A stretch of 64,000 nucleotides of DNA from an uncultured Alphaproteobacteria bacterium (GTDB taxonomy: Bacteria; Pseudomonadota; Alphaproteobacteria; Rs-D84): positions 936 to 64,935 of the forward strand of contig CAJOGC010000005.1 of NCBI GenBank assembly GCA_905234185.1, given 5' to 3'. Position numbers and translations under genes: made by a program. The notes under the pieces were generated by a model. It had not been told where the DNA came from. It saw only the letters and a list, made by a program, of their open reading frames with translations, and did not search any database. Positions 28,953 through 38,982 of this stretch are shown here, piece by piece (within the stretch, counting starts at the first letter, position 1; each line of letters opens with the position of its first letter).

Positions 28953-30842
28953 ATGTCAAAAGTATTAGGTATCGATTTGGGAACAACCAATTCCGCCATG
29001 GCTTTCATGGACGGAACCGATCCAAAAATTATTGAAAATAGCGAAGGTCAACGCACAACACCATCTGTTGTTGCAATTACAAATAATGGCGAACAATTAG
29101 TTGGTATTACGGCCAAGAACCAGGCGGTCACCAACCCAACAAACACCATTTATGAAATCAAACGTTTGATGGGGTTGCGCTTTGACAGCCCGGCGGTTAA
29201 AGAAATCGAAAAACGCGTTCCTTACAAAATTGTTGCGGGCGATAATGGCGACGCATGGGTTGAAATTGATGGCAAGAAATATGCCCCGTCCCAGATTTCC
29301 GCAATGATTCTGTCTAAATTGAAAAAGGATGCGGAAAATTACCTGGGCGAAACAATTACCGATGCGGTTATTACCGTTCCGGCCTATTTCAACGATTCTC
29401 AGCGTCAGGCAACCAAGGACGCCGGTCGTATTGCGGGTCTGAATGTGTTGCGTATTGTTAACGAACCGACTGCGGCTGCATTGGCCTATGGTTTGGATAA
29501 AAAGAAAGATGGGACCATTGCGGTATATGACCTTGGTGGTGGTACATTTGATATTTCTATATTGGAAATTGTTGATGGCGTGTTCGAAGTTAAATCGACA
29601 AATGGCGATACCGCGTTGGGTGGTTCGGACTTTGATGCCCGTGTTTTGAAATATTTAATCGATGAATTCAAGGCACAAAGTGGTATCGATTTGTCTGGCG
29701 ACAAATTGGCGTTACAGCGTTTGAAAGAAGCCGCCGAAAAAGCAAAAATCGAATTATCGTCGAAAACTTCGACCGAAATCAATTTGCCGTATTTGACGGC
29801 GGATGCAACGGGGCCAAAGCACTTTACCACAACACTGACACGCGCTAAATTGGAATCGTTGGTTGATGATTTAATCCAAAAAACCATTGAACCATGTCGC
29901 AAAGCATTAAGTGATGCGGGTATTGATAAATCACAAATCAGCGAAGTTATTTTGGTCGGTGGTCAAACCCGTATGCCGAAGGTTGTTGAAACGGTCAAGG
30001 AATTCTTTGGTCGTGAACCGCACAAGGGTGTGAACCCGGACGAAGTGGTGGCCCTGGGTGCCGCAATTCAAGGCGGCGTTCTGAAAGGCGATGTCAAAGA
30101 TGTCCTTTTGTTGGATGTCACCCCGTTGTCGTTGGGTATTGAAACATTGGGTGGTGTGTTTACGCGTCTTATTGACCGCAACACAACAATTCCAACCAAG
30201 AAATCCCAAGTGTTCAGCACCGCCGAAGATAACCAATCGGCCGTGACAATTCGTGTGTTCCAGGGCGAACGCGATATGGCCGCAGACAACAAGTTGCTGG
30301 GTCAGTTTAATTTGGAAGGTATCGCACCGGCACCACGTGGTATGCCACAAATCGAAGTTTCGTTCGATATTGACGCAAACGGCATTGTGCATGTTTCCGC
30401 CAAAGATAAAGGCACCGGCAAAGAACAGGCTATTTCTATTAAATCGGATGGTGGTTTGTCCGAAGATGAAATCAAGCGCATGGTTGATGAAGCCGCCGCG
30501 AATGCCGATGCCGACAAGAAAAAACGCGCGTTGGCCGAAGCACGCAATAACGCCGAAGCCGCAGTGTTCGGTATTGAAAAATCATTAAAAGAACACGGCG
30601 ACAAAATTAGTGAAGCGGAAAAAACAGCAATAGAAGAAGCCAAGAAAGCATTATCTGACGAATTGGCGAAACCGGACACTACGGCGGAATCTTTGAAAGA
30701 AAAGACGGACGCGTTAACCGAAAAAGCCATGAAGTTGGGTGAAGCGGTCTATAAGGCACAACAGGAACAATCCGCACAAAACGCACCAGAAGATAAAAAA
30801 GACGATGGTGCAACCGATGCCGATTTTTCTGAAAAGAAATAA
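28953..30842 (+). CDS. dnaK: Molecular chaperone DnaK (Hsp70)
   Basis: [16 protein letters not shown] and the other Hsp70 signatures. RBS AAGGAG. No dnaJ or grpE adjacent. Confidence 0.95.
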   Translation: MSKVLGIDLGTTNSAMAFMDGTDPKIIENSEGQRTTPSVVAITNNGEQLVGITAKNQAVTNPTNTIYEIKRLMGLRFDSPAVKEIEKRVPYKIVAGDNGDAWVEIDGKKYAPSQISAMILSKLKKDAENYLGETITDAVITVPAYFNDSQRQATKDAGRIAGLNVLRIVNEPTAAALAYGLDKKKDGTIAVYDLGGGTFDISILEIVDGVFEVKSTNGDTALGGSDFDARVLKYLIDEFKAQSGIDLSGDKLALQRLKEAAEKAKIELSSKTSTEINLPYLTADATGPKHFTTTLTRAKLESLVDDLIQKTIEPCRKALSDAGIDKSQISEVILVGGQTRMPKVVETVKEFFGREPHKGVNPDEVVALGAAIQGGVLKGDVKDVLLLDVTPLSLGIETLGGVFTRLIDRNTTIPTKKSQVFSTAEDNQSAVTIRVFQGERDMAADNKLLGQFNLEGIAPAPRGMPQIEVSFDIDANGIVHVSAKDKGTGKEQAISIKSDGGLSEDEIKRMVDEAAANADADKKKRALAEARNNAEAAVFGIEKSLKEHGDKISEAEKTAIEEAKKALSDELAKPDTTAESLKEKTDALTEKAMKLGEAVYKAQQEQSAQNAPEDKKDDGATDADFSEKK

Positions 30843-30867
30843 TTTGGTTGTTGGTGTAATTTGTTGT

Positions 30868-30902
30868 AAAAAAAAAACCGTCCAGTTTTGGACGGTTTTT
30901 AC
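30868..30902. terminator. Bidirectional terminator (A10-CCGTCCAGTTTTGGACGG-T5) between dnaK and pfk
   Basis: Hairpin flanked by A-run and T-run. Confidence 0.7.
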
Positions 30903-30908
30903 TAACCA

Positions 30909-31988
30909 TTATTTCACTTCCCCAATATATACACCCATATCGTGTGCGATTTCCAGCAATGGATCATTTTCTGATACATATGCGTTTGATGTGAACAATT
31001 TTGGAATATTTGGGTCATTTATACATTCACCCGCATTGGCAAATTCCGCCAGTGATACCGTCTTTACCACACCATTTTGTAATGCGGTCATTACGTATGT
31101 TTCATTGTTTTCAATCGCATTTAGTGCCGTGTCCGCCATTGCGGTTGCCAACAGACGGTCAGACGCAGTTGTGTCGCCAGAACGTTGAAGGTGTTCTGGA
31201 AATGCCGTACGATTTGGAATGCGTGCGGCGGTTAATGCACGGGATACCATATCGGCGGGTTTCCCCGAATGGCCGCGGATGGTTATCCCCTCGGCTACCA
31301 TAATAATTCCATAATCATTTGGTGAATTTTTAATATGCTTTATTAATGCATCGGTATTAAACTTTATTTCCGGTATTAAAATTGCCGATGCGCCCGCGGC
31401 AAGTCCCGCATTTAAAGCCAATGCGCCACAATCGCGCCCCATTGATTGAACCACGAACCAGCGGTGATGACTGCGTGCAGTTAACATTAATTGGTCACAA
31501 TATTTTGTTAATTGTTCCACCGCCGTATCAAATCCGATTGTACGGTCGGTCAACGGAATATCCATATCGATAGTCTTTGGAATGCAAACCAGTTGTACAT
31601 CGCGATAAATTTCACGATTTGCCCACGCCAGTGATAACGAACCATTGCCCCCGATTAAAATCACCGCATCCAGTTTCAATTCGCGTATAGAACTGTAAAG
31701 TTTTTTATTAAACGCCACAAGCGATCCCGTATGTGCCGCTGTTTCAAAATTCAATGCACCCGCATGACCGTTACGCAGGAAACTTCCCGCGATGTGCGTA
31801 TATTCAATCGGTAAAATATCGTCGTTTAATTCAATAAAACGCACTGGCGACGACACCAAACCATCGGTCCCGTCAAGAATACCAAAAACACGCCATCCAC
31901 GCAGGTGTGCACCACGCATAATGTGCCATATCGCAGTATTCAGACCACTGCAATCGCCCCCGGTTGTCAAAACCCCTATTCTTTTCAT
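30909..31988 (-). CDS. pfk: 6-phosphofructokinase (ATP- or PPi-dependent PFK family)
   Basis: Motifs TTGGDCSGLN, GGNGS and QSMGRDCG. Start at MKRIGVL with RBS GGGGGAA. Confidence 0.85.
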   Translation of the reverse strand: MKRIGVLTTGGDCSGLNTAIWHIMRGAHLRGWRVFGILDGTDGLVSSPVRFIELNDDILPIEYTHIAGSFLRNGHAGALNFETAAHTGSLVAFNKKLYSSIRELKLDAVILIGGNGSLSLAWANREIYRDVQLVCIPKTIDMDIPLTDRTIGFDTAVEQLTKYCDQLMLTARSHHRWFVVQSMGRDCGALALNAGLAAGASAILIPEIKFNTDALIKHIKNSPNDYGIIMVAEGITIRGHSGKPADMVSRALTAARIPNRTAFPEHLQRSGDTTASDRLLATAMADTALNAIENNETYVMTALQNGVVKTVSLAEFANAGECINDPNIPKLFTSNAYVSENDPLLEIAHDMGVYIGEVK

Positions 31989-32087
31989 ATTTTCCCCCAC
32001 TTTTCCCAACATTATACCATAAAATATATTGACAAAGAATAGTTTTTTGTAGTATTTTGTCCAATATTCAGTATCAGGAGAATATTT

Positions 32088-33218
32088 ATGTCCAGTAAAA
32101 ATAATATGGGTAAGACAAAACGTTCAACCGACGATATGATTGATGATGCAATTGCACAGCAAAATGACTGGTTGGAAAACCGTCGCTCATATGCGCGCCG
32201 GTTTCTTAAAACGCTTAATATTTTTGCGCGTCCAAAAGATGAAAATAATACACCGGCCAAGAAAGAAACTAAAAAAGAATCACATTATCCATTGCGTGCG
32301 TTTTGGTTCCCTATTCTGTGTGCTATAATTGTTATATTAATTGCCATATGGGTTATGTTCGTCCGCACTAATGCACCGCAACGCGTCGTTATTGTGCCGG
32401 TTGTCCCAGATTCAATTACACGCGTTATATCGGAAAAAGAAGCACCTGCTTTTGACATTGTGCGTATCCAACCCGATGGAAATATTGTTGTTGCTGGACG
32501 ATGGGCACCGAACAAAAGTGTATCTATCGCAATAAATGGTAAAATTGTCGCGACCGAGCAAACAAACAACGACGGCGAATTCGTCTATGCTCCAAAGAAA
32601 CCGTTGGCCGCCGGAAACTATACCTTGTCTTTGATTGGTGTCGGAACGAACACAAAATCATCAGACAAGGTTTTTTTGTATGTATCTGATGAAGGTTATG
32701 AAAATAGTGTTTCATTATTGATGACCAAGAAAGGCAGCACATTGTTACAAACACCGACCGTCCTGCGTGATGGTGATTTGGCGGTGTCAAAGATTGATTA
32801 TCTGGAAAATGGCCGTATCGTTGTGACAGGCGACGCAATGCCACGTCTGCGCGTATCATTGTGGTTGAATAATACATACATGGGATATGCACATGTATCT
32901 GATTACCGCCATTTTGGGTTGGGTGCCGATGTTGGAAAATTGGAAAGTGGCAAAGAATATGAATTGTCGGTTCGCCTGCACGATGGTGACGGCAATACTG
33001 TGACCAGTGTAAATCACAAATTTACAATGCCCGAAATGACCGGGGCTGATGATACATTCTATACCGTGCGGCGTGGCGATTGTTTATGGATAATTGCGCG
33101 CAACTTTATGCGTCGCGGAATTTTATTCAGTATAATTGCTGATAAAAATCATATTGAAAATCCGGACCTTATTTATCCGCAACAGAAATTACAAATTCCA
33201 GTGACAAACAAACAATAA
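32088..33218 (+). CDS. Membrane-anchored protein with a C-terminal LysM peptidoglycan-binding domain
   Basis: N-terminal TM segment. C-terminal …YTVRRGDCLWIIARNF…IYPQQKLQIP LysM pattern. Confidence 0.7.
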   Translation: MSSKNNMGKTKRSTDDMIDDAIAQQNDWLENRRSYARRFLKTLNIFARPKDENNTPAKKETKKESHYPLRAFWFPILCAIIVILIAIWVMFVRTNAPQRVVIVPVVPDSITRVISEKEAPAFDIVRIQPDGNIVVAGRWAPNKSVSIAINGKIVATEQTNNDGEFVYAPKKPLAAGNYTLSLIGVGTNTKSSDKVFLYVSDEGYENSVSLLMTKKGSTLLQTPTVLRDGDLAVSKIDYLENGRIVVTGDAMPRLRVSLWLNNTYMGYAHVSDYRHFGLGADVGKLESGKEYELSVRLHDGDGNTVTSVNHKFTMPEMTGADDTFYTVRRGDCLWIIARNFMRRGILFSIIADKNHIENPDLIYPQQKLQIPVTNKQ

Positions 33219-33232
33219 AGAGCAGAACGAAA

Positions 33233-33742
33233 ATGACTTCAAAAGGCGTCAAAGAAATTATAAAATTTCTGCAGCACGATTATCGCGCCAATATTACTAA
33301 ATCACAGTACGAACAACTTATTTACCTGCGTGGGGTTGAATATTACGGTGTTCGCACATTAAGAAAAGTATTCGGTATTGCTATTTCTGCATGTGCATAT
33401 CCGGAATGTGAGTATTGCCATAAACCAATCACAAACATTGATGATTTAACCATAGATCATACGGTCCCGCGTTCGCGTGGCGGTTCAGATGCGATTGAAA
33501 ATTTGCAACCTATGCACGGAAAGTGCAATTCAGACAAAGGATGCACTATGCCGACAACGCACCCAAGTCAAAGTGCATCTTTGACTAAACCAAAGCATCC
33601 AAAACATCGTTCAGTGAAAAGACCACCGCGCAACGAAAATATATGCGGGCGCGACATTGATGAATTAGCGCAAAAATGCGAACGCGTCGACAACATATAC
33701 CGCTATCGTATTTCCGCGATGCGTCGGAAAAAGTGCAAATAA
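33233..33742 (+). CDS. HNH endonuclease-family protein
   Basis: Cys-x2-Cys … IDHTVPRSRGGSDAIENLQPMHGKCNSDKG (the HNH beta-beta-alpha-Me motif with zinc cysteines). Confidence 0.75.
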   Translation: MTSKGVKEIIKFLQHDYRANITKSQYEQLIYLRGVEYYGVRTLRKVFGIAISACAYPECEYCHKPITNIDDLTIDHTVPRSRGGSDAIENLQPMHGKCNSDKGCTMPTTHPSQSASLTKPKHPKHRSVKRPPRNENICGRDIDELAQKCERVDNIYRYRISAMRRKKCK

Positions 33743-33795
33743 CACATTTACACTGGACATTAATATCTTGATGATATAGAATCATTTTCACTATC

Positions 33796-33869
33796 GCGGG
33801 CGTGGTATAATGGTAGCACGTCAGCTTCCCAAGCTGAAGACGAGGGTTCGATTCCCTTCGCCCGCACCA
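33796..33869 (+). tRNA. tRNA-Gly (anticodon CCC)
   Basis: GCGGGCGTGGTATAATGGTAGCACGTCAGCTTCCCAAGCTGAAGACGAGGGTTCGATTCCCTTCGCCCGCACCA. Near-identical to canonical tRNA-Gly(CCC). CCA is encoded. Confidence 0.92.
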
Positions 33870-34029
33870 CCCGTCTTTGCTGACGCAAAGCCGCGGTTAG
33901 TGTTGCGACGATTAGAGATGCAGCAGCGCGATGTCTTATCTTGCCAAAACCCCAAAATTTGTCAGAAAAAATCGTTTACATTTTGTGTTAAACACGCTAT
34001 ATTGTACCGGCAAAACAAGGAAAGATTTA

Positions 34030-34599
34030 ATGTCAGCAGAACCTAATCGCAATTTGATTTCGGATAATTATGATTGGTACCTTAGCCGGGTTTTACCGGT
34101 GGTTTCGCGTCGGGCAATTCAGCCAAAGTATGGTTATCATGGGCTTTATACGCATACATCTGCCGTTGTATTTCGTGGCATAGACTATGCACTGTCGGCA
34201 CAGGAAAACCCGATGCCAGTCGTGTTGGCTTGTGCATTTCATGATATGGCGCGCACAAATGATGGGCCGGATATTCGTCATGGGGAAAACGCGATTCCTA
34301 TTATCAAAAGTATTCTTCACGACTATTTGCCGGTATCGCCACTGGAGGCAAAGATGATAATAAACGCGGTCAAAAATCACCCTTTTGGCATGGTGGCCCC
34401 GGACTATGTTTCGGCGTGTTTGTATGATGCAGACCGAACACGACTGGCATGGGAATGCGGATACGAAGCACGATTTTTTACCACCGACCGCGCAAAAAGT
34501 ATCGCATCAGACGACGCAACAAAATACATAAAGTTCATGAATGAAACCATGTCAAAATATGCCCACGGGATTATAAATCACCTGGATATGCAGTATTAG
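34030..34599 (+). CDS. Hypothetical protein with an HD-like motif (AFHDMAR)
   Basis: ORF with RBS AAGGAAAG. Weak metal-dependent phosphohydrolase-like signature. Confidence 0.45.
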   Translation: MSAEPNRNLISDNYDWYLSRVLPVVSRRAIQPKYGYHGLYTHTSAVVFRGIDYALSAQENPMPVVLACAFHDMARTNDGPDIRHGENAIPIIKSILHDYLPVSPLEAKMIINAVKNHPFGMVAPDYVSACLYDADRTRLAWECGYEARFFTTDRAKSIASDDATKYIKFMNETMSKYAHGIINHLDMQY

Positions 34600-34643
34600 T
34601 TATACTGTGGATTTTTTCATATGGGAAAAATCGCCGAATTTAT

Positions 34644-34672
34644 TTGACTTTCATGAAATTTCGGGTAATAAT
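34644..34672 (+). promoter_or_regulatory. Sigma-70-type promoter for the rpsP operon (TTGACT-N17-AATAAT) with a ~150-nt leader
   Basis: Near-consensus -35, 17-bp spacer and an AT-rich -10 hexamer read directly from the sequence. Confidence 0.5.
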
Positions 34673-34820
34673 AGTCCCGCAAATCCCAAAGATTGCCATT
34701 CGAATCAGACCAGTACGCGGTATGCGTGTGGAACATCATCCGGCGAGTTTTCGCCCTTGGTGGCGGTTTTCTTTGTGGATAAAACAGTTTTATAAACAAA
34801 ACACATAAGGAGTGTAAAAC

Positions 34821-35255
34821 ATGGCTACTGTTATCAGATTAGCACGTTACGGGGCAAAGAAACGCCCATATTATCATGTTGTTGTTACGGATTCACGCAA
34901 TGCGCGTAATTCTGGCAACATTTTGGCTGTCGTTGGTAAATATGACCCAATGCAAGCAAAAGACAGCGATAAACGCGTTATCTTGAAAATCGATGAAGTC
35001 AAGGCGTGGATGGCCAAGGGTGCAAAACCATCTGACCGTGTTTATAAGTTCTTGGTAAAGGCCGGGTTAGCGGCTGCTAAACCGATTCCGGTTCAGACAA
35101 AGAAAAACCAACCGTCTGAAAAAACACAGCAGAAAATTAAAGACAAAGAAGCAAAACTGGCCAAAATAGCCGAAGAAAAAGCTGCCGCAGAAGCCGCAGC
35201 CAAGGCTGCAGCAGAAGCACCAGCGGAAACACCAGCGGAATCAACGGCCGAATAA
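34821..35255 (+). CDS. rpsP: 30S ribosomal protein S16 with a C-terminal Ala/Lys/Glu-rich extension
   Basis: N-terminal 80 aa show canonical S16 (MATVIRLARYGAKKRPYYHVVVTDSRNARN…), followed by a ~60-aa low-complexity tail. Confidence 0.9.
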   Translation: MATVIRLARYGAKKRPYYHVVVTDSRNARNSGNILAVVGKYDPMQAKDSDKRVILKIDEVKAWMAKGAKPSDRVYKFLVKAGLAAAKPIPVQTKKNQPSEKTQQKIKDKEAKLAKIAEEKAAAEAAAKAAAEAPAETPAESTAE

Positions 35256-35503
35256 TGCCAGCAAAAGAACAGCGGAAAGATCAAGTCGCACAATATTGCA
35301 TTCGGATTCTGGAGCGCCATGTGTTCGCCCAGTTGTCCTTCTTAACCAAGGAAGATCGCGACATTGTGTATGACAGCTATGTCCAAAATATTGGCCAAAT
35401 GATCCAGTACGCAGTGCAACACAACATCGATGTAGAACAGTATTTCCGGGAAATCAAGAACATACTGTTAAAATCTAAAAATGTCCGCGAACGAACACGA
35501 TAA
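35255..35503 (+). CDS. Hypothetical 82-aa protein inserted between rpsP and rimM
   Basis: ORF with TAATG overlap to rpsP. No recognisable domain. Confidence 0.35.
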   Translation: MPAKEQRKDQVAQYCIRILERHVFAQLSFLTKEDRDIVYDSYVQNIGQMIQYAVQHNIDVEQYFREIKNILLKSKNVRERTR

Positions 35504-35948
35504 AATCTTGGTCGGTAAAATCGTCGCCCCCCAGGGCATTCGGGGCGATGTTCGTGTTCAGACATATAGCGAAAATCCGGTGGATTTCAGAACATTCAAT
35601 GTGATAAGCAATCGTTTTGATGAAAAAGATTTTCGCTTTATTCGTGTTGTGCCAAATTCGACCGTAATAATTGCACACATTAACGGGTTTGATGACCGCA
35701 ACGCGGCCGAAACACTGCGCGGGACCGAGTTGTTTATTGAACGTGGCACCCTGCCCGCACCCAGCGATGGCGAATATTACCAGGCGGATCTGATCGGATT
35801 TTCGGTTGTTCGCGATGACAAAAAAATCGGAATTGTTGTTGGTTTTCAGAACTTTGGCGCAGGCGATATAATAGAATTAGATAATGGCAATTATGTTTCG
35901 TTCATAGGCGCCGATGTTGATATGAAAAATAAAGAGATTAAATTATGA
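35481..35948 (+). CDS. rimM: 16S rRNA processing protein RimM
   Basis: Motif …ILVGKIVAPQGIRGDVRV… and a PRC-barrel C-terminus. Operon position. Confidence 0.85.
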   Translation: MSANEHDKILVGKIVAPQGIRGDVRVQTYSENPVDFRTFNVISNRFDEKDFRFIRVVPNSTVIIAHINGFDDRNAAETLRGTELFIERGTLPAPSDGEYYQADLIGFSVVRDDKKIGIVVGFQNFGAGDIIELDNGNYVSFIGADVDMKNKEIKL

Positions 35949-36107
35949 TTAGTACAACAGTTAAAAAGGAAACACAAGATACAAACAAATCTGAATTGAT
36001 GCGCTTTTTATCGGCAAAAAATGTTATTATTGTACATCCAGACCAACATATTGTGGCCCAAATTGTAAAAAGTTTGGAAAAAACCAAATAAAAAGGAATT
36101 GCGCACA

Positions 36108-36440
36108 ATGTTTATCCCAAAACCGTTTGTTTTTACAAGCATGATTAATCCAGGCGGAACCACCAAAGTCTATTTACCTGGCCAGTCATGTATTATGCGC
36201 AACATCGATGGTTTGCCGGTGAACACGCATGAAATCGTCTGTGTTCATTCGTGCGAACAATTTTTTTCGTACCCTACGATTGGATACGGCATCAGATGTA
36301 TTCCAGAAGATGCAACATGTCCGTTTGGTGGATGGTGCCGCGGTGCGCGCATTGTTGTAAACGGTAAAATGACCAAACATAGTATCGATATGAACTATCA
36401 ATTAGTACGAAATTTAAACAAACCACAGAAAACGAAATAA
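36108..36440 (+). CDS. Hypothetical Cys-containing 110-aa protein inserted between rimM and trmD
   Basis: ORF only. No recognisable domain. Confidence 0.35.
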   Translation: MFIPKPFVFTSMINPGGTTKVYLPGQSCIMRNIDGLPVNTHEIVCVHSCEQFFSYPTIGYGIRCIPEDATCPFGGWCRGARIVVNGKMTKHSIDMNYQLVRNLNKPQKTK

Positions 36441-36441
36441 A

Positions 36442-37128
36442 ATGCACTTTAACATACTGACCATTTTTCCAGAAATGTTTCCCGGCACACTTGGGGCCGG
36501 TGTGGTTGGACGCGCATTGGGAAAAGGTATTTGGTCGTATGACACCATTAATATTCGTGATTTTGCCGTAAATAATTATGGCAGTGTTGATGACGAACAG
36601 TTTGGCGGTGGTGCGGGGATGGTTATGCGTCCCGATGCATTGGGCGACGCGATTGATTCAATCAAAAATCGCGGTAAAATCATATTCTTTTCGCCGCGTG
36701 GCCCGACATTAAACCAAAAAATGGTGCGTGAGTTTGCGGCGGACAAAGACGCGATATACACCCTGCTCTGTGGTCGGTACGAAGGAATCGATCAACGTGT
36801 TATCGATGAATATGATATAATGGAGTTGTCTGTCGGGGACTATATACTGTCAGGTGGCGAAATTGCCGCGCAAGTTTTTATTGACAGTTGCGTTCGCGTG
36901 TTAGATAATGTGCTGCACGGTGGGACCGAATCCACCGAAAATGAAAGTTTCGAAATCGGCGGGTTGGAATGGCCGTTGTATACCCGACCGTCAGTATGGC
37001 GTGGACGTAATGTCCCAGAAGTCCTGCTGTCTGGTCACCACGGCAACATAGAACGGTGGCGGAAACAACAATCGGACGAAATAACCAAAGAACGTCGTCC
37101 GGACTTAATAAAGGAAAACAAGAAATGA
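36442..37128 (+). CDS. trmD: tRNA (guanine37-N1)-methyltransferase
   Basis: SPOUT/TrmD motifs (…ILTIFPEMF…, …[13 protein letters not shown]…). Confidence 0.9.
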   Translation: MHFNILTIFPEMFPGTLGAGVVGRALGKGIWSYDTINIRDFAVNNYGSVDDEQFGGGAGMVMRPDALGDAIDSIKNRGKIIFFSPRGPTLNQKMVREFAADKDAIYTLLCGRYEGIDQRVIDEYDIMELSVGDYILSGGEIAAQVFIDSCVRVLDNVLHGGTESTENESFEIGGLEWPLYTRPSVWRGRNVPEVLLSGHHGNIERWRKQQSDEITKERRPDLIKENKK

Positions 37129-37517
37129 GTATCTTGAAAAAAGTAGAGGCCGCAAATATCGCAAAAGTCGCGGCAGATAAAAAAATCCCAGACTTTAAAG
37201 CCGGGGACACTGTAAAAGTTCATGTAAAAATTAAAGATGGCGACAAATTCCGTATCCAGGTATTCGAAGGTGTCGTTATCGCCCGCGATGGTGGAAATGG
37301 AAACAACGCATCGTTTACGGTTCGTCGTGAATCTTATGGTGTTGGCGTTGAACGCAAATTTCCACTTTATACACCAGCGATTGAAAAAATCGAAAAGGTT
37401 CGTATTGGTCGCGTCCGCCGCGCAAAGTTGTTCTTTTTGCGTGGTTTGTCGGGCAAAAAGGCGCGTATTGTCGAAGATTTGTCTGCCACATCCGCGGAAA
37501 AATCCGAAAACAAATAA
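37125..37517 (+). CDS. rplS: 50S ribosomal protein L19
   Basis: Start at MSILKKVE with ATGA overlap to trmD. L19 signature …[27 protein letters not shown]…. Confidence 0.9.
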   Translation: MSILKKVEAANIAKVAADKKIPDFKAGDTVKVHVKIKDGDKFRIQVFEGVVIARDGGNGNNASFTVRRESYGVGVERKFPLYTPAIEKIEKVRIGRVRRAKLFFLRGLSGKKARIVEDLSATSAEKSENK

Positions 37518-37534
37518 TCAAACGATTTGTTTTA

Positions 37535-37565
37535 CCTGGTCCCGCAATTGCGGGACTTTTTTATT
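37535..37565 (+). terminator. rplS operon terminator (GTCCCGCAATTGCGGGAC + T7)
   Basis: Perfect hairpin plus T-run. Confidence 0.75.
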
Positions 37566-37616
37566 GTACGATTTATCAATTTGACATTACAGATATGCAA
37601 ATGTAAAATACATGCT

Positions 37617-37961
37617 ATGAGAAAAATAATCGCATTTTTTATGTTGCTGTTCGTTTTTACAAACGCGTATGCATTTATTGACCGTGGTAATGCAATTATA
37701 ACTGTTTTAGACAAGGCCGCTGGAAAAACATACACAATGACAATTCCCGTGGAAAACGATGTCAAATATGAAAAATTGAATCTGAATGTGCGCGCATGCA
37801 AACAAACAGATCCTTTTATGCCTGAAAATGCGTATATGTTTATCGAAATCACGAACAACAACAATGAAAAAATATTCAGTGGCTGGATGAATAAAAACGC
37901 ACCTGGTGAAAACCCGTTACAAAATGCTGACTATGACATATGGCTGGTTCGGTGCGAATAG
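37617..37961 (+). CDS. Small secreted hypothetical protein (115 aa), possibly DUF2155-like
   Basis: Signal peptide MRKIIAFFMLLFVFTNAYA. No enzymatic motif. Confidence 0.45.
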   Translation: MRKIIAFFMLLFVFTNAYAFIDRGNAIITVLDKAAGKTYTMTIPVENDVKYEKLNLNVRACKQTDPFMPENAYMFIEITNNNNEKIFSGWMNKNAPGENPLQNADYDIWLVRCE

Positions 37962-37983
37962 TTCTGTTTTTATGGGGGAAAAT

Positions 37984-38280
37984 ATGAAATCTGTATTGAA
38001 ATTTATGTTGGGTATCGCGGTTTTACTTGTTGCGTTTTTTGTGTTTTTTTGCACGCAACGATCGAACGATTTATCAACCGGAAATCTGGAAAATTGGTTA
38101 GCGGCATCGACCGATCAGCGCACTACCGTTGCCAAAGTTGCCGTCGCTGGCGATGGCGACATTAACCTTATTGTTGCATGTGTGAATAAAATGGCCACAC
38201 TGCCCGGCGCACGTGAAATGATTGTCCGTGACGCAATTTCATTGTGCCACACGGGAATCATACTCAAAGAAAACATATAA
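37984..38280 (+). CDS. Small membrane-anchored hypothetical protein (98 aa)
   Basis: N-terminal TM segment after MKSVLKFMLGIAVLLVAFFVFF. Confidence 0.4.
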   Translation: MKSVLKFMLGIAVLLVAFFVFFCTQRSNDLSTGNLENWLAASTDQRTTVAKVAVAGDGDINLIVACVNKMATLPGAREMIVRDAISLCHTGIILKENI

Positions 38281-38283
38281 ATT

Positions 38284-38982
38284 ATGAAAAACTGGGCGAT
38301 TTTCGTATTAATTGCTTTTTGTATTGTGGATGCCGGTGCCGCGACAATCGGCGATAAATATGTCGGTAAAAAGTATGTGAATAATCCCCTGGGCGAAGGA
38401 TTTGGCATCGACGCGGATCCATTGATACGAACCGATGCCTTTGATTGCACAACATTTGTGGAAACCGCCCTGGCTGATGGCGACATCCAACGGCTTAATA
38501 AAATAAGATATAAAAACGGGTTCGTTAACTTTGTTAATCGCAATCATTTTGTTGAAACAGACTGGTTGCCAAATAATTCCGATATTTTAACAGATGTGAC
38601 AAAGAAATATGGTCGAACCGCGGTGCGACATGTAAAAATAGATCGTGCAAATTGGCTTAATAAAAATTATGGTATCGAAAACCGGGCCCCACAAAAATCG
38701 GTAAAATTGGGCTATATTCCATACAGCAAAGTCCGGAAAATCGAAAACACAGAACCCCTGGTCGTATTATTTATCGGCGATAAATATAAGACCGATGATA
38801 CATTGGGGACAGATTTAGCTGTGATGCACATGGGTTTTTTGTTGCCTGGGGGTATATTACGACATGCGTCATCCGACCGCGGTCGTGTTATTGATGTCGA
38901 TTTTTACGAATATGTTGCAAATCGACAAAAATCGCCCCATAATCTTGGCGTTATGCTATTGGAAATAAAAAATGACAAATGA
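38284..38982 (+). CDS. Secreted DUF1460-like protein with a NlpC/P60-type or amidase-like Cys motif (AFDCTTFVE)
   Basis: Signal peptide followed by a conserved …DAFDCTTFVETALA… catalytic-Cys-like context. Confidence 0.5.
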   Translation: MKNWAIFVLIAFCIVDAGAATIGDKYVGKKYVNNPLGEGFGIDADPLIRTDAFDCTTFVETALADGDIQRLNKIRYKNGFVNFVNRNHFVETDWLPNNSDILTDVTKKYGRTAVRHVKIDRANWLNKNYGIENRAPQKSVKLGYIPYSKVRKIENTEPLVVLFIGDKYKTDDTLGTDLAVMHMGFLLPGGILRHASSDRGRVIDVDFYEYVANRQKSPHNLGVMLLEIKNDK

